A stretch of 63,767 bases of DNA, filler included, from Neolecta irregularis DAH-3 (GCA_001929475.1; 14 parts of 14 records of this genome joined end to end with filler, not necessarily neighbours in it), one strand, 5' to 3'. Shown: positions 1 through 12,789, counted from the first letter of the whole stretch. Notes: generated by a model from the letters alone, not told the origin. Program-made: numbers and translations.

Positions 1-324
1 GCGAGAAATGTCTAGATATCAGGGATCTTGTACGCCGATGACTGTAACTCTGGATGAAATGCAGACGCCTCGAAGAGATTTCGAAAAGGGTGGACTTGAA
101 AAGGATGGACTAGATGGACTGGAAAAGGGACTAGACGGACTGGAAAAGGGACTAGACGGACTGGAAAAGGGACTAGACGGACAATTCATCGAAACTTTAA
201 AAGGACACGAACCTTTACGAAAAGGACAATTCATCGACGAACCCTTACGAAAAGAACAATTCATCGAAACTTTAAAAGGACAATTCATTGATTCAACGCC
301 TGTTCGAAAACAAGATATACTACT
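1..324 (+). repeat. Near-identical second copy (alternate allele or duplicate) of the internal repeat region of the Ask1 gene at 10723-11024
   Basis: MSRYQGSCTPMTVTLDEMQTPRRDFEKGGLEK...STPVRKQDIL matches the Ask1 ORF, with one extra 21-bp repeat unit and a few substitutions; it ends at a 10-N gap. Confidence 0.9.
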
Positions 325-334
325 NNNNNNNNNN

Positions 335-612
335 AGCTGGTACACTGCTGTGCAGCCATTTGACCGCTCCCGGGGTTTCCACCTCTGTAATTTCCTGTTT
401 TCACGTTCTCTTATTTTGTCGCTCTGCTCTTTCCATTTGTTACCAGCCTGCTGCTGGCAGCTATAAATATGGACTGTCTTTCTTCTTTATAGTTTAGCCA
501 ATTGTATTAACTTATTTCTGTTTCTAAGTCTTGACGACTCAAGCGACTGAAAGCCAATACCACCGCGCTCACCTATCAACAATTAACAATCTATTATAAT
601 CCTATTAACGCC
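335..612 (+). mobile_element. 3' terminal region of a non-LTR (LINE, Tad-like) retrotransposon family
   Basis: Homologous to the reverse complement of about 26740-27000, which lies directly downstream of a LINE-type RNase H ORF; the 40-bp block TAGCCAATTGTATTAACTTATTTCTGTTTCTAAGTCTTGA is identical at 495-534 and 26807-26846. Confidence 0.65.
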
Positions 613-830
613 TGCAACATCTAGCTGCACCCTGCGTGCAACACCCTTGACGAGGGACTGCAAGTGGAAGCTCGGGTACAAATAAGAGCAGGTTGTATGC
701 AAGATAAGCGGACGTTGACTAGATAAGATGTTGAGTGTTGTAGGTGTAATCTAGAATCTACATATCAAGGTTGTCGTTGTTGGTGCAAGTTTGCGAACTC
801 GACCGTGCCATCTTGTCTCACTGGCGACAA
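613..830 (+). mobile_element. Possible LTR followed by a primer-binding-site-like motif
   Basis: Begins TGCAAC, ends GTCTCA at about 820 and is followed by TGGCGAC; its first 25 bp recur at 26714-26738 on the minus strand. Confidence 0.35.
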
Positions 831-1376
831 TTAAGAGCACGGGGCTAATATAACCGGGCAGGAGCAAGCGCACGTGCATAATATTAGGGGGAGGGAGGGA
901 AGGGCAACACGTGACTGTCTGGCCGGCGCATTACCGTCGCTCGTTTTCTGCTCTGGGTGCTCGTGGGCCAGGCGTGTCTCGCGCCCGCGCATAGCACCGC
1001 GCAGATTAGACCTGACGCAGCGATTAGACCTGACGCAGCCGTTTGGCGCTGCTGCTGCTGGTGCTGGCCCCTCCGCCTCTGGGACAGTCTCTCTGCCTCT
1101 GGTACCAATTCCACCTCCAGTACAAACTCCACCTCCAGCGGCACCACCGCCGCCCTGCACGCAATTGAATCTCAGAGTAATCAATCCTGATTGATAAGAG
1201 TGATCAACCATTTACAACAAGATTGAATTAATAACAAAGCATGAGTCGAATCTGATAACGAGTATGAGTTTGCGATTAACGAGCATCGAATGAACGAGTA
1301 AGTTCAGCGGCGATGAAACGGCCACCACCCTGAAAAACATAAATTTCAAAATACCAAATTTCTCCTACACCAGCCA

Positions 1377-1625
1377 ATGGAAATTAATGAGCAGATGGTA
1401 CAATTAGATATCACAGATTGAGAAAATAGAAGATTTAATTCCAAAAAAGCAGCCGCAGCTGCATATGGAATCCCATGTTCCACTTTTGTTGGTTGCATCC
1501 AAGGTATCACAAATCACCACACAAGCCATGAAAATAAACATAAATTAAGACCAACACAAGAACAATTCCTTGTTCCATAGATCCTTGAGCTAGATATGCA
1601 AGGACATCCTGCATCTCATGCTGTA
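1377..1625 (+). pseudogene. Fot1/pogo-type DNA transposase N-terminal fragment (psq and CENP-B-type HTH), decayed
   Basis: Translates as MEINEQMVQLDITD*ENRRFNSKKAAAAAYGIPCSTFVGCIQG...HENKHKLRPTQEQFLVP*ILELDMQGHPASHA, matching the S-x-RAAA-xx-YGVPRSTL...KL...QE..LV.WI..LD..G.PP pattern; two in-frame stops. Confidence 0.75.
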
Positions 1626-2135
1626 AACGGTTACACGAACGCGATCAGGTTACACAAGGCGCACTAGCGGATCTCGTGTCACATTCTATTATTTCGATAA
1701 CTGAAAACTCGCAAATGCTCCTCTAGTGATTGCAAGACTTTTCAAAATTTGTCAAAAGTAAAGGACGTGGTGTGGGAGGTGTTATCACACTCACTAGTCA
1801 TATTTTTAGTTATTTTGGAAATTTTGTAGATTAATAACAAGACATGATAACATAGGGGAGGGCTGCTAATCGGGTCGTAATTATTTTATTAATATAATCA
1901 AAAAACGGTATTTCGGGAAGGTTGAAGATTTGAGCTTTGACTACATGTGGAACAAAGTTTATTGTGGACGCTTCGGGGATCGGCAATCAGAGGAGGTTAC
2001 TGCCGTGGAGGTTGTTGATAAAGGGAAGAAATTTTTATCAGCGCGATCCCCTATTCGATCCTTTCCACGAGTTGCATCATTGATTCCCTAGAAGGCGAAA
2101 TATAAACCCGAACATTCCTGAATTATCACTCAGCC

Positions 2136-3181
2136 ATGGACTGTCCATTCTCTAAAATGGGAGAGCGACCAGAGAATGATCCACCGCTGACGCCACCGTT
2201 ATCAGAAGTTGATACCGGCATAAATAACATCGCAAACGAAGCAGTTTATGTGTTGCGACTCGAGTCACTAGCAATTGCTCATGTCGCTGACAATTTATCC
2301 TCGAATTCAGGCTCATTTGTACGGGCTGTACTTGCTATCTTTCAAGCGCATCGGGCCCGAGGGAAAGTTATTTTTACGGGTATGGGGAAAAGTGGAAAGA
2401 TTGCTCAGAAAATCGTTGCTACTTTCCTGAGCCTTGGAATTGAGACTACATTTTTGCATCCTACAGAAGCCCTCCACGGAGATCTTGGTACTGTGAGAGA
2501 GGTATACTGGGTATTTTAACTTTGATCTGATGACAGGGCGATATAGTCATTGCTTTGTCAAACAGCGGTTCAACTTCAGAGATTAACAATATAATACCGC
2601 TGATTTCCTCGAGGAATGTCCAAGTGATTTCAGTATGCTCTGAACCGTCTTCAACCCTCGTTCGAATTTCAAACATTGTGATAGACTCATCAATACCGCC
2701 TCCTCTCCAGGAGATAGCTGCATTTGGAGTCAATTCACCAACGACTTCAACAACAGTCCAATTAGCAATTGGAGATGCGCTCGCTCTAACATTGTCAGGC
2801 CTGATTCACTTGGACGTTTCAAAAACTTTCTCGGAAAATCATCCAGGAGGGCTCATCGGCAGGCGACTGATGGACGATATGATAAAATTTGCCGACCTAC
2901 CACGTATTAGTATCTTTGGAAGCTTGTTAGAGGCAATGGAGGCAAGCTTTATGCATTCTTCTAGGTGCGTGCTAGTACATGAGAATGATGTCATTCTGGG
3001 CATTGTATCGCCCGAAAGGATACGACAAAACTTTAGAAAAGAGGTAAAAGCAGGTGAGATTATGATAAGATTTGAGTGTCTTCCATGTCATGATGAAAGA
3101 TGTCTTGTCAGTGACTTTGACGGCCGTGGGATGGTCTTGTTGCATCGTTCTGGAGAGCGAGTCGGAATTTGGGGTAACTAA
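2136..3181 (+). CDS. KpsF/GutQ-like sugar-phosphate isomerase (SIS domain) with a degenerate CBS-like C-terminus; intron 2502-2536
   Basis: Motifs FTGMGKSGKIAQKIVATFLSLG, FLHPTEALHGDLG, LSNSGSTSE, PTTSTTVQLAIGDALA and F.ENHPGGLIG; a 35-nt GT-AG intron joins the two ORFs in frame. Confidence 0.88.
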
Positions 3182-4046
3182 CGGTGTTGTCTCAGGGGTT
3201 GGATTATAATGTTACATTATCTCTGCATATAGCAATGATTTCCCGAGAATTATGAGAATTACTTGGAGTGACTGCGAGAATAAGTACCGCGGAGTTCACG
3301 GTATAACTTTTGAACATTAGACTCTAGAATGAATAGCCTCGCACTAATGGCACCGGAGAAAGGCTCTAAAGGAGCTTTCGTAACTAATCAAGTCACAGGA
3401 ACAACCCCTTTTTTCTTTTGAAGTCTTAATCGTAAGGCAAGCAATTGATCAGAAAGCATCATATAAATTTACATATGCGCTGATAAATAGTTGACTCGGA
3501 AAGTTATAAGTGAGTTCTTTATCTACCTGAAGTAATTATAATGCTCGTTTATGTTTTAAGCTGCAGGGAAAGAGTCCCAGTATCATATGTCCAGGTTGCA
3601 ATCTTAATCTCAGGAACCAAGAGGATACGATTCCCCACTAAGGTACACTTCAATCTAGTCAAGCTGAGCAAGGGAGACAACATGCACAAAAGAGCTCCTC
3701 CAGTCTATCATGGGTTAATATATCCGGTTAGCATCGAAAAATCCGATTCCTGCCCTTGATAAGAAACCGCACGCTGAGTGCCTACCACTAATTCCCCTCC
3801 GAAGAGAAAGGCATGATCGTGCTCGTAGAGGCTAAAACCCTGTCAAAGCCCCTAAAGACCCTACGAATCTGTTTAACTTGAAGTTCATGGCAAATTTGAA
3901 AACAAAAGCTGAGCGTGGCACGGGCTTGGAGTTGCTTAGAAAGCCACTGGTCTCACTTTTGACCCCTTTCCCTCCACCAATTCACTCTTTGTCGCGTACT
4001 ACTACTCCCCATATTTTATTACCCATTATCCCTTCATTAAGCAAAT

Positions 4047-5158
4047 ATGCGAGCTAGTACGTTTGCACTCGCCTTATTTTCTTCACTCGGCTCTGCTAGC
4101 GCTGTAGGACTACTTGGATTTTGTCTCGGGGCCACCGTACACTCAGTTGATCTATTTGTTGTTAAATTCCTTTAGCATGCAGACGGCACATGCAAGTCCC
4201 AAAATGATTTCGAATTAGATTTTGCTGCTCTGAAGCCATATACCAATACAGTACGGATTTACAGTTTATCGGATTGTAATACCTTGCAAAACATATTGCC
4301 AGCTCTCAAGACTTCAGAATTCAAAATTCTTCTCGGAATCTGGCCTACTGATGATAGTCACTTTGCCGCTGAAATTGCTGCTATGAAAAAATACCTTCCG
4401 ATGTATGGTGTCAATAACATTATCGGTATTACCATCGGATCTGAAGTATTGTATCGCAAGGATCTGACTGTCGACGCACTTGCTGCCAGGATCAACACTG
4501 TCAAATCTAGTCTTGCTGCACTGGGATTTGGCGGCGTTAAAATTGGGACCGCTGATTCCTGGAATATCCTCATAACTGACGCTGTGCGACCAGTAATCGA
4601 GGTTTCTGATCTACTCTTGGTGAATGCTTTCTCTTATTGGCAGGGGTTCGACTCGATCTTTATGGGTGGTCTTACATTAGGGAAGCACCAGCCGATATGG
4701 CGCATTCTTTTGTAGATGTATCCGTAATATCTCTACTTCAGGAACTGAGCGATCTAGGACATTGCACAATCTAAAACATTCATCGAGAGTGTCAAAGGTA
4801 ACAGCACCGGCTTTGACTTTTACGTTGGGGAAACTGGATGGTATCTTACTTCATGTCCGATTCGTGTATTGAGGAATCAGGCCAAGCGAAGGGGCGGCAT
4901 TTCAAAGCGCAACATGCAATCTCTCCATCGCTGCCTCCTACTGGCAGACCGCTATTTGTGGAATCAGAAAATGGGGAATAAATGTTTTTGTCTTTGAGGG
5001 TATGAATAAGTTTATTGTAGATGATTGACTCGATAGCTTTCGATGAACCCGGAAAGCCATCCGCTACAAGTGATACAGGCGTCCAAGTTGAAGGAGTAGA
5101 AGGTCACTGGGGAGTTTTCACTGTAGACCGCAAAGCCAAATACAATCTCACTTGTTAA
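4047..5158 (+). CDS. BGL2: Secreted GH17 glucan 1,3-beta-glucosidase/glucanosyltransferase, about 5 introns
   Basis: Signal peptide MRASTFALALF...; LGFCLGA, CKSQNDFE.DF, VRIYSLSDCNTLQ, ITIGSEVLYRKD, GTADSWN, NAFSYWQG, VGETGW, FVFE/AFDEP, EGHWGVF. Confidence 0.88.
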
Positions 5159-5259
5159 GTAGTGACTTTCAGTTCTTGGGAGAATATAAACTGGAATTTA
5201 ATATATGTTATATCGCAAAAACATGTTGGAGCTGTTTTGCATTATCGAAATTGGATCTG

Positions 5260-5282
5260 ACGCGTGCAACTTGGCAACGCGT
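5260..5282. promoter_or_regulatory. Two ACGCGT (MCB/MluI-type) sites upstream of the next gene
   Basis: ACGCGT at 5260-5265 and 5277-5282; function unproven. Confidence 0.25.
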
Positions 5283-5650
5283 AATTGAACCAGCCCCTCT
5301 TAACCTCCTTTGTGAGCAGATGCTTTGGGAATGTCCAGTCCTGGCACAAACACAGTGGTTCGGTTCAATCAGTTCCTAGTATCTCATTTACTTTTCAACA
5401 GAGAACTATATTGTAGAGTTTACAAGTTTATCGACCATCAGGGGTGCGAGATCTTCCCAAGCGTCAGAATAGAACCCCGCCAGCGCTACCGTCCGTACTA
5501 ACCTGAAAATCCCTTCCCGCTTCCTTTAGATATCAAACAACATCTACCACATACCCTCATCTGCTGTTGTTGCCTTTTAATAATCAAATAGTTCTCTGAC
5601 TGTTAATGTCCGCATTGCTGATCTGTTCAGGAAGAGCACAACTCCTGGCG

Positions 5651-8600
5651 ATGACTGCAAAAGGTCCCCCACCCCTGAACGATCTTGTCATCAAATGGCG
5701 TGGTAAGATTTTGGTAGTGAATCTTCCTTTGGACGATCTTCGAGAACCGTTCTCATCAGAAATGCTCCAGGTTTGTCAAACTTTGATGCAAGAATGGGCG
5801 ACCTATGATGTAAGTCCAAAATCAAAAATCAGCACAGTTTCTGATCTTTGAATTCAACAGGCCCAAGAAAACCTGCTCGATTTTTCAAGTCGGGAGATAT
5901 ATCCTAGTGAGAATGAAGTCGTGGAGAAAATAACCGATGTGATCGTGTCAATTCCGAACGAATATGGTATGTCGACGTGTTCGTTCTATTATGTTTCGCT
6001 CATGCCATGTACTGACCTTTTTCTTTGCAGAGTGGCTCTTTTATCTATCACAATTACGAGATAAAAGACTCAAGGCGATGAACTACCCTCACCAGCAGTT
6101 CCAGAATATGAATGGAAACAATATGGTAAGAGCACCCGTCAAGCCTCACTGATTGAATAGTATCACGGGCAGCTTCCTCCGACCCCGGGTGGGCTTCCGC
6201 AGCCTTTTCGTAACCCATCGCTGCCATGGCCTCATTCTCAACAACGGGTAGGCTTCATGCCACAGATGCACACGCCTCCAAGTCCCTGGGGCAATATTCC
6301 TACCGCTTTCTCTCATCAAATGCAACCACAATATGGGCACCCCCAGTGGCAAAACCATGTCATGGCTTATCGTATGTCGCCTGAGCTGGGTGCATTACAG
6401 TGGGGCCAACAACATCCGACTCACTATCAAGTTCCGCATAATGCTGGCTTTGAGCCAAAAGAGCAAACTCTTGGTCTGAATCTCCGAATAGAAGATGAAC
6501 TCGTCACAAACCCTTCTGAGGTAGGATCGCGGCCAGTCACTGGAAAATCAGATATTGTGACCAACCCTTCTGAGGCTCCGGGAACGCCCAAGCATAGCCC
6601 TGCTCCAAGTTTTGGCTTTCAGTCCTCTTCTAATGCTCCGGGTGTACAACGTCGATTAAATGCCAACGCCCCTGAATTTAAATCTGGCGAGTTCAAATTT
6701 GCGGTGGCATCAAATACGGTTTCTCGATCAACTTCTTTCAACATTAATGCACCCGAGTTTAAGCCGTCGGAGGGATTCATCAAGCCTGTTTGTGAGAAAA
6801 AGATTATCCCAATTGTCTCACCTCCACCTGAGAAGCCTCAAATTGTTGTGCCGGGGCAAGAATGCTATGGGAGGCGTGGCGATGGAACACTTTCAAGAGC
6901 AATGTCGAACGATGAACGGTTCAGGACATTTACATTTCCCCCCTCGCCTGTGAAACAAACCGTCTGTGATACAGGCTCGTCGTCACCAGAGCGAGAGTAT
7001 TCACCTTTGAACCTTGCAATTCCTATATGTTCATCACAAAGTACAAATTCTTTTGTGAGCATACTGATCGTGAAGCGACCGATACTCTAGATTTGAGAAA
7101 AGCTATTTGCAAGGAAGATAGTGGTTATCTCAGCCCTTCGCACCAAGATCCGCATAGCGCTCCTCCTTCAACGTCATTCAAATCCTGGACTGTCCCCTCG
7201 ATTGTGTCGACAACCGAGATGGAGGATACCCAAATTCCTAACTGCACAACAGCTAATTCGACCAATATGCCTTTAAAAGCAATTAATCTAGCAGCATTGG
7301 AGAGATCGAGTGAAGATTATGACGACGAACTAACAGTTCGACCTCGGTCAAGACTCAAACCCCGAAAAAATCATTCAGAGATGATTGAGCGTATCGTGAG
7401 TGCACAAATTGACCCGATGGTCAAAGCTCTTGCGCAAATTCAACGCACTGTGGATGAATTTGGACATTCTCAACCCGAGAGAACTGGGGTTGCGCACAGC
7501 GACGCGGATGATGAAGATGACGAGTCGGACAAGCAAAAAGCCTCTAATGGTCTTCAACGACGACACGTTAATAACAATATGGACAAAGTCAAGAATGCGG
7601 TCCTCGAAGCCATGCGTAGCGAACAAATGAATTCCTGTCAAATTTCTGAAATGCAGACGATTGTTCAAGAACTCCAAGCCCAGCTAATGGCATCCGAATC
7701 AAACCTTGAAATTGAACAGAGTCTCCGTGAGAGTCTTGAGAAGCGGATTGCTCAATTACAAAAAGATTTTGATAATGTTCAACGTGCGTGCGAAGAAGCG
7801 AAAAGCTCTGCAGCGGAAGCCGAACGACAACTTCGTGGACTTGATCACGAACGAACGCAACGAGACCGAAGGCTCATGGAAGCTCAGAATCGAGTGGTGG
7901 TGATGGAAGGAAGTCATAATGCGTTACAAACTTCTGTTGGAGAACTTACCATGAAAACCGCTGTTCTCCAAAGTTCGCTTGAGGAAGCAAAGTCGAGTAA
8001 TGATAAAGTCAACAAGATGCTTGAGGAATTCCGATCTAATAATTTCCGGCTACAGACTGAACTTGAAGCGCTTCGTATTCAAAAGGAAGCTCTTGCTTCT
8101 AGTCATGAACAAATTGTTCGGAAATACACCAAATTGGAAGAAGATATGATGCGTTCTGCGGCCGAGATCGCTGATGAACAACGACGTTGGCGCACTCGGG
8201 TGGATGAGACTTGTGCAGAAAAGCTAGTGCTTGAAAGACGGATGGAAGAGGAGAGTCGACGAACCCGGCAACTTTCAGGGGAACTTCGGCATGCCCAGGC
8301 CGATCAGCGCGAAGTGGTTAAACTGCGCATCCAACTTGACGAAGTCAATGCCGTGAACCGGCGCTTGGAAGCTGCGATGGAAAATGTTCGAGTAGAGTTG
8401 GACCAAAAGGCTCAAGTAGACGCTGAACATGCGGTCCGAGCTGCTTTACAGGATATCCGTTTAGAAAAAGAGTCGCTTGAATCCCGTTTGGAGCTGTCGG
8501 CCCTTGCAAACGATAGTCTACGGAACGAAGTCTCTCATTTAGAAACCCAGCTTCGCGAGATCGCTAGTGTCACATCCGCAAGAGAAGATCTCTTTAGTAA

Positions 8601-9144
8601 CATTCAAAAAGATCTATCGTATCGTGCCACAGAATTAGATGCCGCTCGCGAGCAAATCAAATTATTCAATCGCAAAGCCCGAGAATCTGATCAACTTTGT
8701 CGCGAAACATATGAACTCAAAACTAAATTACTGGAAAAGGAACGCCGCGTGGGACAACTTGAATTACTTGTAGTCTCATCTGAAGCTCAATATTTAAAGA
8801 AAATCAAAAAGCAGGACGCGGAGATTTTTCGAACGAGGGAGCAAATTCGTAGGCAGTCGAATGAAATTGCAGATCTGATAGAGGGACAAACACCTAGTGG
8901 TCAATTTAATGATCGCCAGCTCTTACGTAAATACGAAATCGTGAAATCACGACTCAAGAATGAACGGCAAGAACGTCATATTCTGGAGAAAGAAATACGT
9001 CGATTGAGCGTGGTGTCTGCTCCGTCTAGTATTATCGCCCCATCGACGCCTGCTTCTGATATCTCAAAATCAAACACGACGTCTCCTGATCTACGGCGGT
9101 CTATATTTGATCATCACGGCCTCAACGGCACGAATGGTTACTAG
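5651..9144 (+). CDS. Multi-PAM2 coiled-coil protein (Upa2-like / so-called 'myosin class II heavy chain-like' fungal family); about 4 introns, alternative start at 5606
   Basis: Spliced exons give GKILVVNLP...IVSIPNEYEWLFYLSQLRDKRLKAM, a Q/P-rich region, two PAM2-like motifs (RRLNANAPEFKS, SFNINAPEFKPS), SDADDEDD and a long coiled coil; intron 7041-7090 joins ORFs 6257 and 7027. Confidence 0.65.
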
Positions 9145-9363
9145 TTTGGTCACCGTTTATATTTCATCATTTTTTGGGTGCGGAGGATACGTTCAATATG
9201 GTTGGAGACGCATTTACTTTTCGGATATAATTACATTTAGGATATTTTTTGGATCTTAATAGAGCTGTGCTATAATCTTATTTCGTGGAAGCGAGCAGAG
9301 TTGAAGTGATTATGTAAACTCCAGTTGATCTGCCCGTGATGTTTTGACGGACTGACGTTTCAT

Positions 9364-10062
9364 ATGACGTCCATGTTTTCAGGAACAGTTATGCGGCGAA
9401 TCGTCAAGGAGAAAGAATCTCTTCGCCGAGATCCTCCTCAAGATATCCGAATTGTAGAGCTGGGTGATAGCGATATTACAGACCTGCAGGCGCTAATCAT
9501 GGGCCCAGGTATTCACCTTTCCAAAAATGATAATCTATAGAAAAAACTCCGTTTGAAGGAGGTGCATTTAAATGTAAAGTAATCTACGGCAGCGATTATC
9601 CCTCTGGCCCACCAACATGTAACTCTATTTCGTTTACAGCTTATTCCCAGGTACTTTTATCACGAGGATATTTCATCCTAATATCTCCACGTCTGGCCAA
9701 GTATGTCTCAACACTCTTAAAAAGGACTGGAACTCTGAAATGACAATATCTCATGTCTTACTCGTACGATAAATCTCGAGCCCAAGTGATTGAAATAGAC
9801 TGTGAAATGTCTATTAATTAACCCGTTCCCTGAATCCGCTTTGAACGAAGATGCAGGGAAATTACTACTTGATGGGTTTTCCTTGTTTGCACGGCAAGCA
9901 AAACTGATGACGTCGATCCATGCAATCAAGAGTTTGCAAGTGGATGAGATTCTGGGGTACTCGATGAATCCCGGTAGTGCTGTAGAGGATGTACAGGTAC
10001 AGCAGACTGAATGTGTGAAAAAGAAAGATGATATACGGAGACGAGGGTTGAAGAGGTTGTAA
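9364..10062 (+). CDS. UBE2S: Ubiquitin-conjugating enzyme E2 S; introns 9509-9540, 9619-9650, 9764-9798
   Basis: [29 protein letters not shown] (catalytic Cys), [22 protein letters not shown] and a basic RRRGLKRL tail. Confidence 0.9.
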
Positions 10063-10292
10063 CAGAAATAGACAGGGTAACATTTGCTTTGTGGGTGTCA
10101 TCTGTGTACATCGTGACCAGCGCCGTGACACCCTCACTGCACTATCACGCAGCACTGAGTCAATGCACTCTGTCGATCGGTGATTCTTGTCTTGAACCAA
10201 TCACTGCACCGGTTTCACTCTGAGTGTCGATCGTCGGTTGTCGATCGGGCCCTTGTCGTTATCGCCTCAGACTCAATCGACAATCAACCATC

Positions 10293-11415
10293 ATGTCCTC
10301 TGAAATGAGCCAACTTACAACCGAATTAGAAACACTAGAACAAAGCATAACATTAACTCTACAAGAAATCGACCATAATTTTTCAAAATGTCATCAAATA
10401 ATAACAAGCTGTATCCTTCCACTCGTTGAGAAATACAGCGACTCGTCAAAGGAGATATGGTCGAGTTCAAAGGTATGTATTTTGGAGAATTATACTTATA
10501 CAGTTTTGGAAGCAATTTTTCGAGGAGAGTGCGCATGTTTCTTTTTCTAGTTATGAGGAGCCTGCGACTGCGACTACTGAAGGTAGTATTAAAATGGGTG
10601 AAGAACGCGACGAGGAGACGTTTCTTGGGTCGTCGGGTCTAGTAGATGAATCTACTCCTGGCAACGAGGGAAACAAGAAAACGCAATGGGCTGATATAGT
10701 TTCTCCATTTGAACAGTTACAGCGAGAAATGTCTAGATATCAGGGATCTTGTACGCCGATGACTGTAACTCTGGATGAAATGCAGACACCTCGAAGAGAT
10801 TTCGAAAAGGGTGGACTTGAAAAGGGTGGACTAGATGGACTGGAAAAGGGACTAGATGGACTGGAAAAGGGACTAGACGGACAATTCATCGAAACTTTAA
10901 AAGGACACGAACCTTTACGAAAAAGACAATTCATCGACGAACCCTTACGAAAAGAAGTATTCATCGAAACTTTAAAAGGACAATTCATTGATTCAACGCC
11001 TGTTCGAAAACAAGATATACTACTCCACCGGGTTTTGGATTCAAATTGGAGATTAAAAGCGACACCATTTGAACAAAGTATCTCGTCGACGTGTTCGTCG
11101 CCTATTGAACCTCGATTGAATTCCGTCGTATTCACGCCTAAACGAGTTGAAGAGAGTGATTCCGAGGACGAAGGAACGATGTCTCCTCCTGTTACCATGC
11201 AATTTTCGGTTGCTCAGAGTAGATTGCTGAGGACGCCTGCAAGGGACGTGGCGTGTCGGTTGGTTGATGATATTTTGAAGACGGCGGGCGGGTGTTCAAG
11301 TGGATTCGAGGAGACCGGGGAGAGTACCATGATGAATTTGAATTTGAATTCATTTTCGGATTCGGATTCGGTTCGGTTCTCGGTTGATGGGACGGGGAGT
11401 CCTATTCGAAAATAA
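10293..11415 (+). CDS. ASK1: DASH/Dam1 kinetochore complex subunit Ask1; intron 10473-10503
   Basis: LTTELETLEQSITLTLQEIDHNFSKCHQIIT.CILPLVEKY...SSKFWKQFFEESA; later LLHRVLDSNWR and MSPPVTMQF...LLRTPARD.A..LVDDIL. Confidence 0.9.
10805..10990 (+). repeat. Coding tandem repeats inside Ask1 (21-bp GLDGLEK units and GQFIETLK/EPLRK units)
   Basis: GGACTAGAYGGACTGGAAAAG repeated; ACAATTCATCGA and GAACCYTTACGAAAA repeated. Confidence 0.85.
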
Positions 11416-11489
11416 TAGTTGTGATTGATCTATAGAACGGGATGATATCGGATTCGATCACCGTCTGAAAATGGAATATTAATTCTTCT

Positions 11490-11720
11490 ATGATATTGGA
11501 TATGATATGGATAAGATGATATTCTTGGATAAGATGATATTCTACACTGATAATTCCATGATATGTCATATTCCATGATATTCCATGATATGTCATATTC
11601 CATGATATTCCATGATATTCCATGACAATTCATGCATGAATTCCATGAATTCCATGACTTCATGATATGCCATGAATGCCATGAATTCCATGACTTGATG
11701 ATATTCTGAATTCAAATATG
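11490..11720 (+). repeat. Intergenic minisatellite with (ATATTCCATG)n and (AATTCCATG)n units
   Basis: Many tandem 9-10-bp TTCCATGA-containing units between ASK1 and ARF1. Confidence 0.85.
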
Positions 11721-11857
11721 ATATCGGATTCGGAAAAGTGACATATCCTGATAAAGAGAATAACGAGAATAATAAATACACATAAATTAAGGGCAATTAT
11801 ATGAGGGAGGCAGGGGCCACGACACAACGTCTCCTCAGACTGCCTGCCACCGCCGAC

Positions 11858-12510
<653 letters not shown>

Positions 12511-12789
12511 ATAGCAGTAGCACGAAGTACGGGGGGGGCAGTCTATACGGCCGGCGCGCGGCCAGAGCGTAAGACAGACAGACGATCGCTGCTGCATTGT
12601 TGTGGTGCCGCCGCCCGCTGGTGCGCCGTGTCTCGCTTCTCCACCGGGGCGTGTCTCGGCGCCGCCCCGCCCGCAGGCAGGCGAGGTTTTTAACCGCGGC
12701 GCTGCTGCTGTGCGCTCAGCCAGAAGACCTTTGCCGCTGCCCGCTGCCCTTCGCCGCTGCCCGCTGCCCTTCGCCGCTGCCCGCTGCCC

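Noticed and set aside
7027-7090. Overlap of ORFs 6257-7090 and 7027-9144 suggesting programmed frameshifting
   Set aside because: A phase-compatible 50-nt GT-AG intron (7041-7090) explains the junction.
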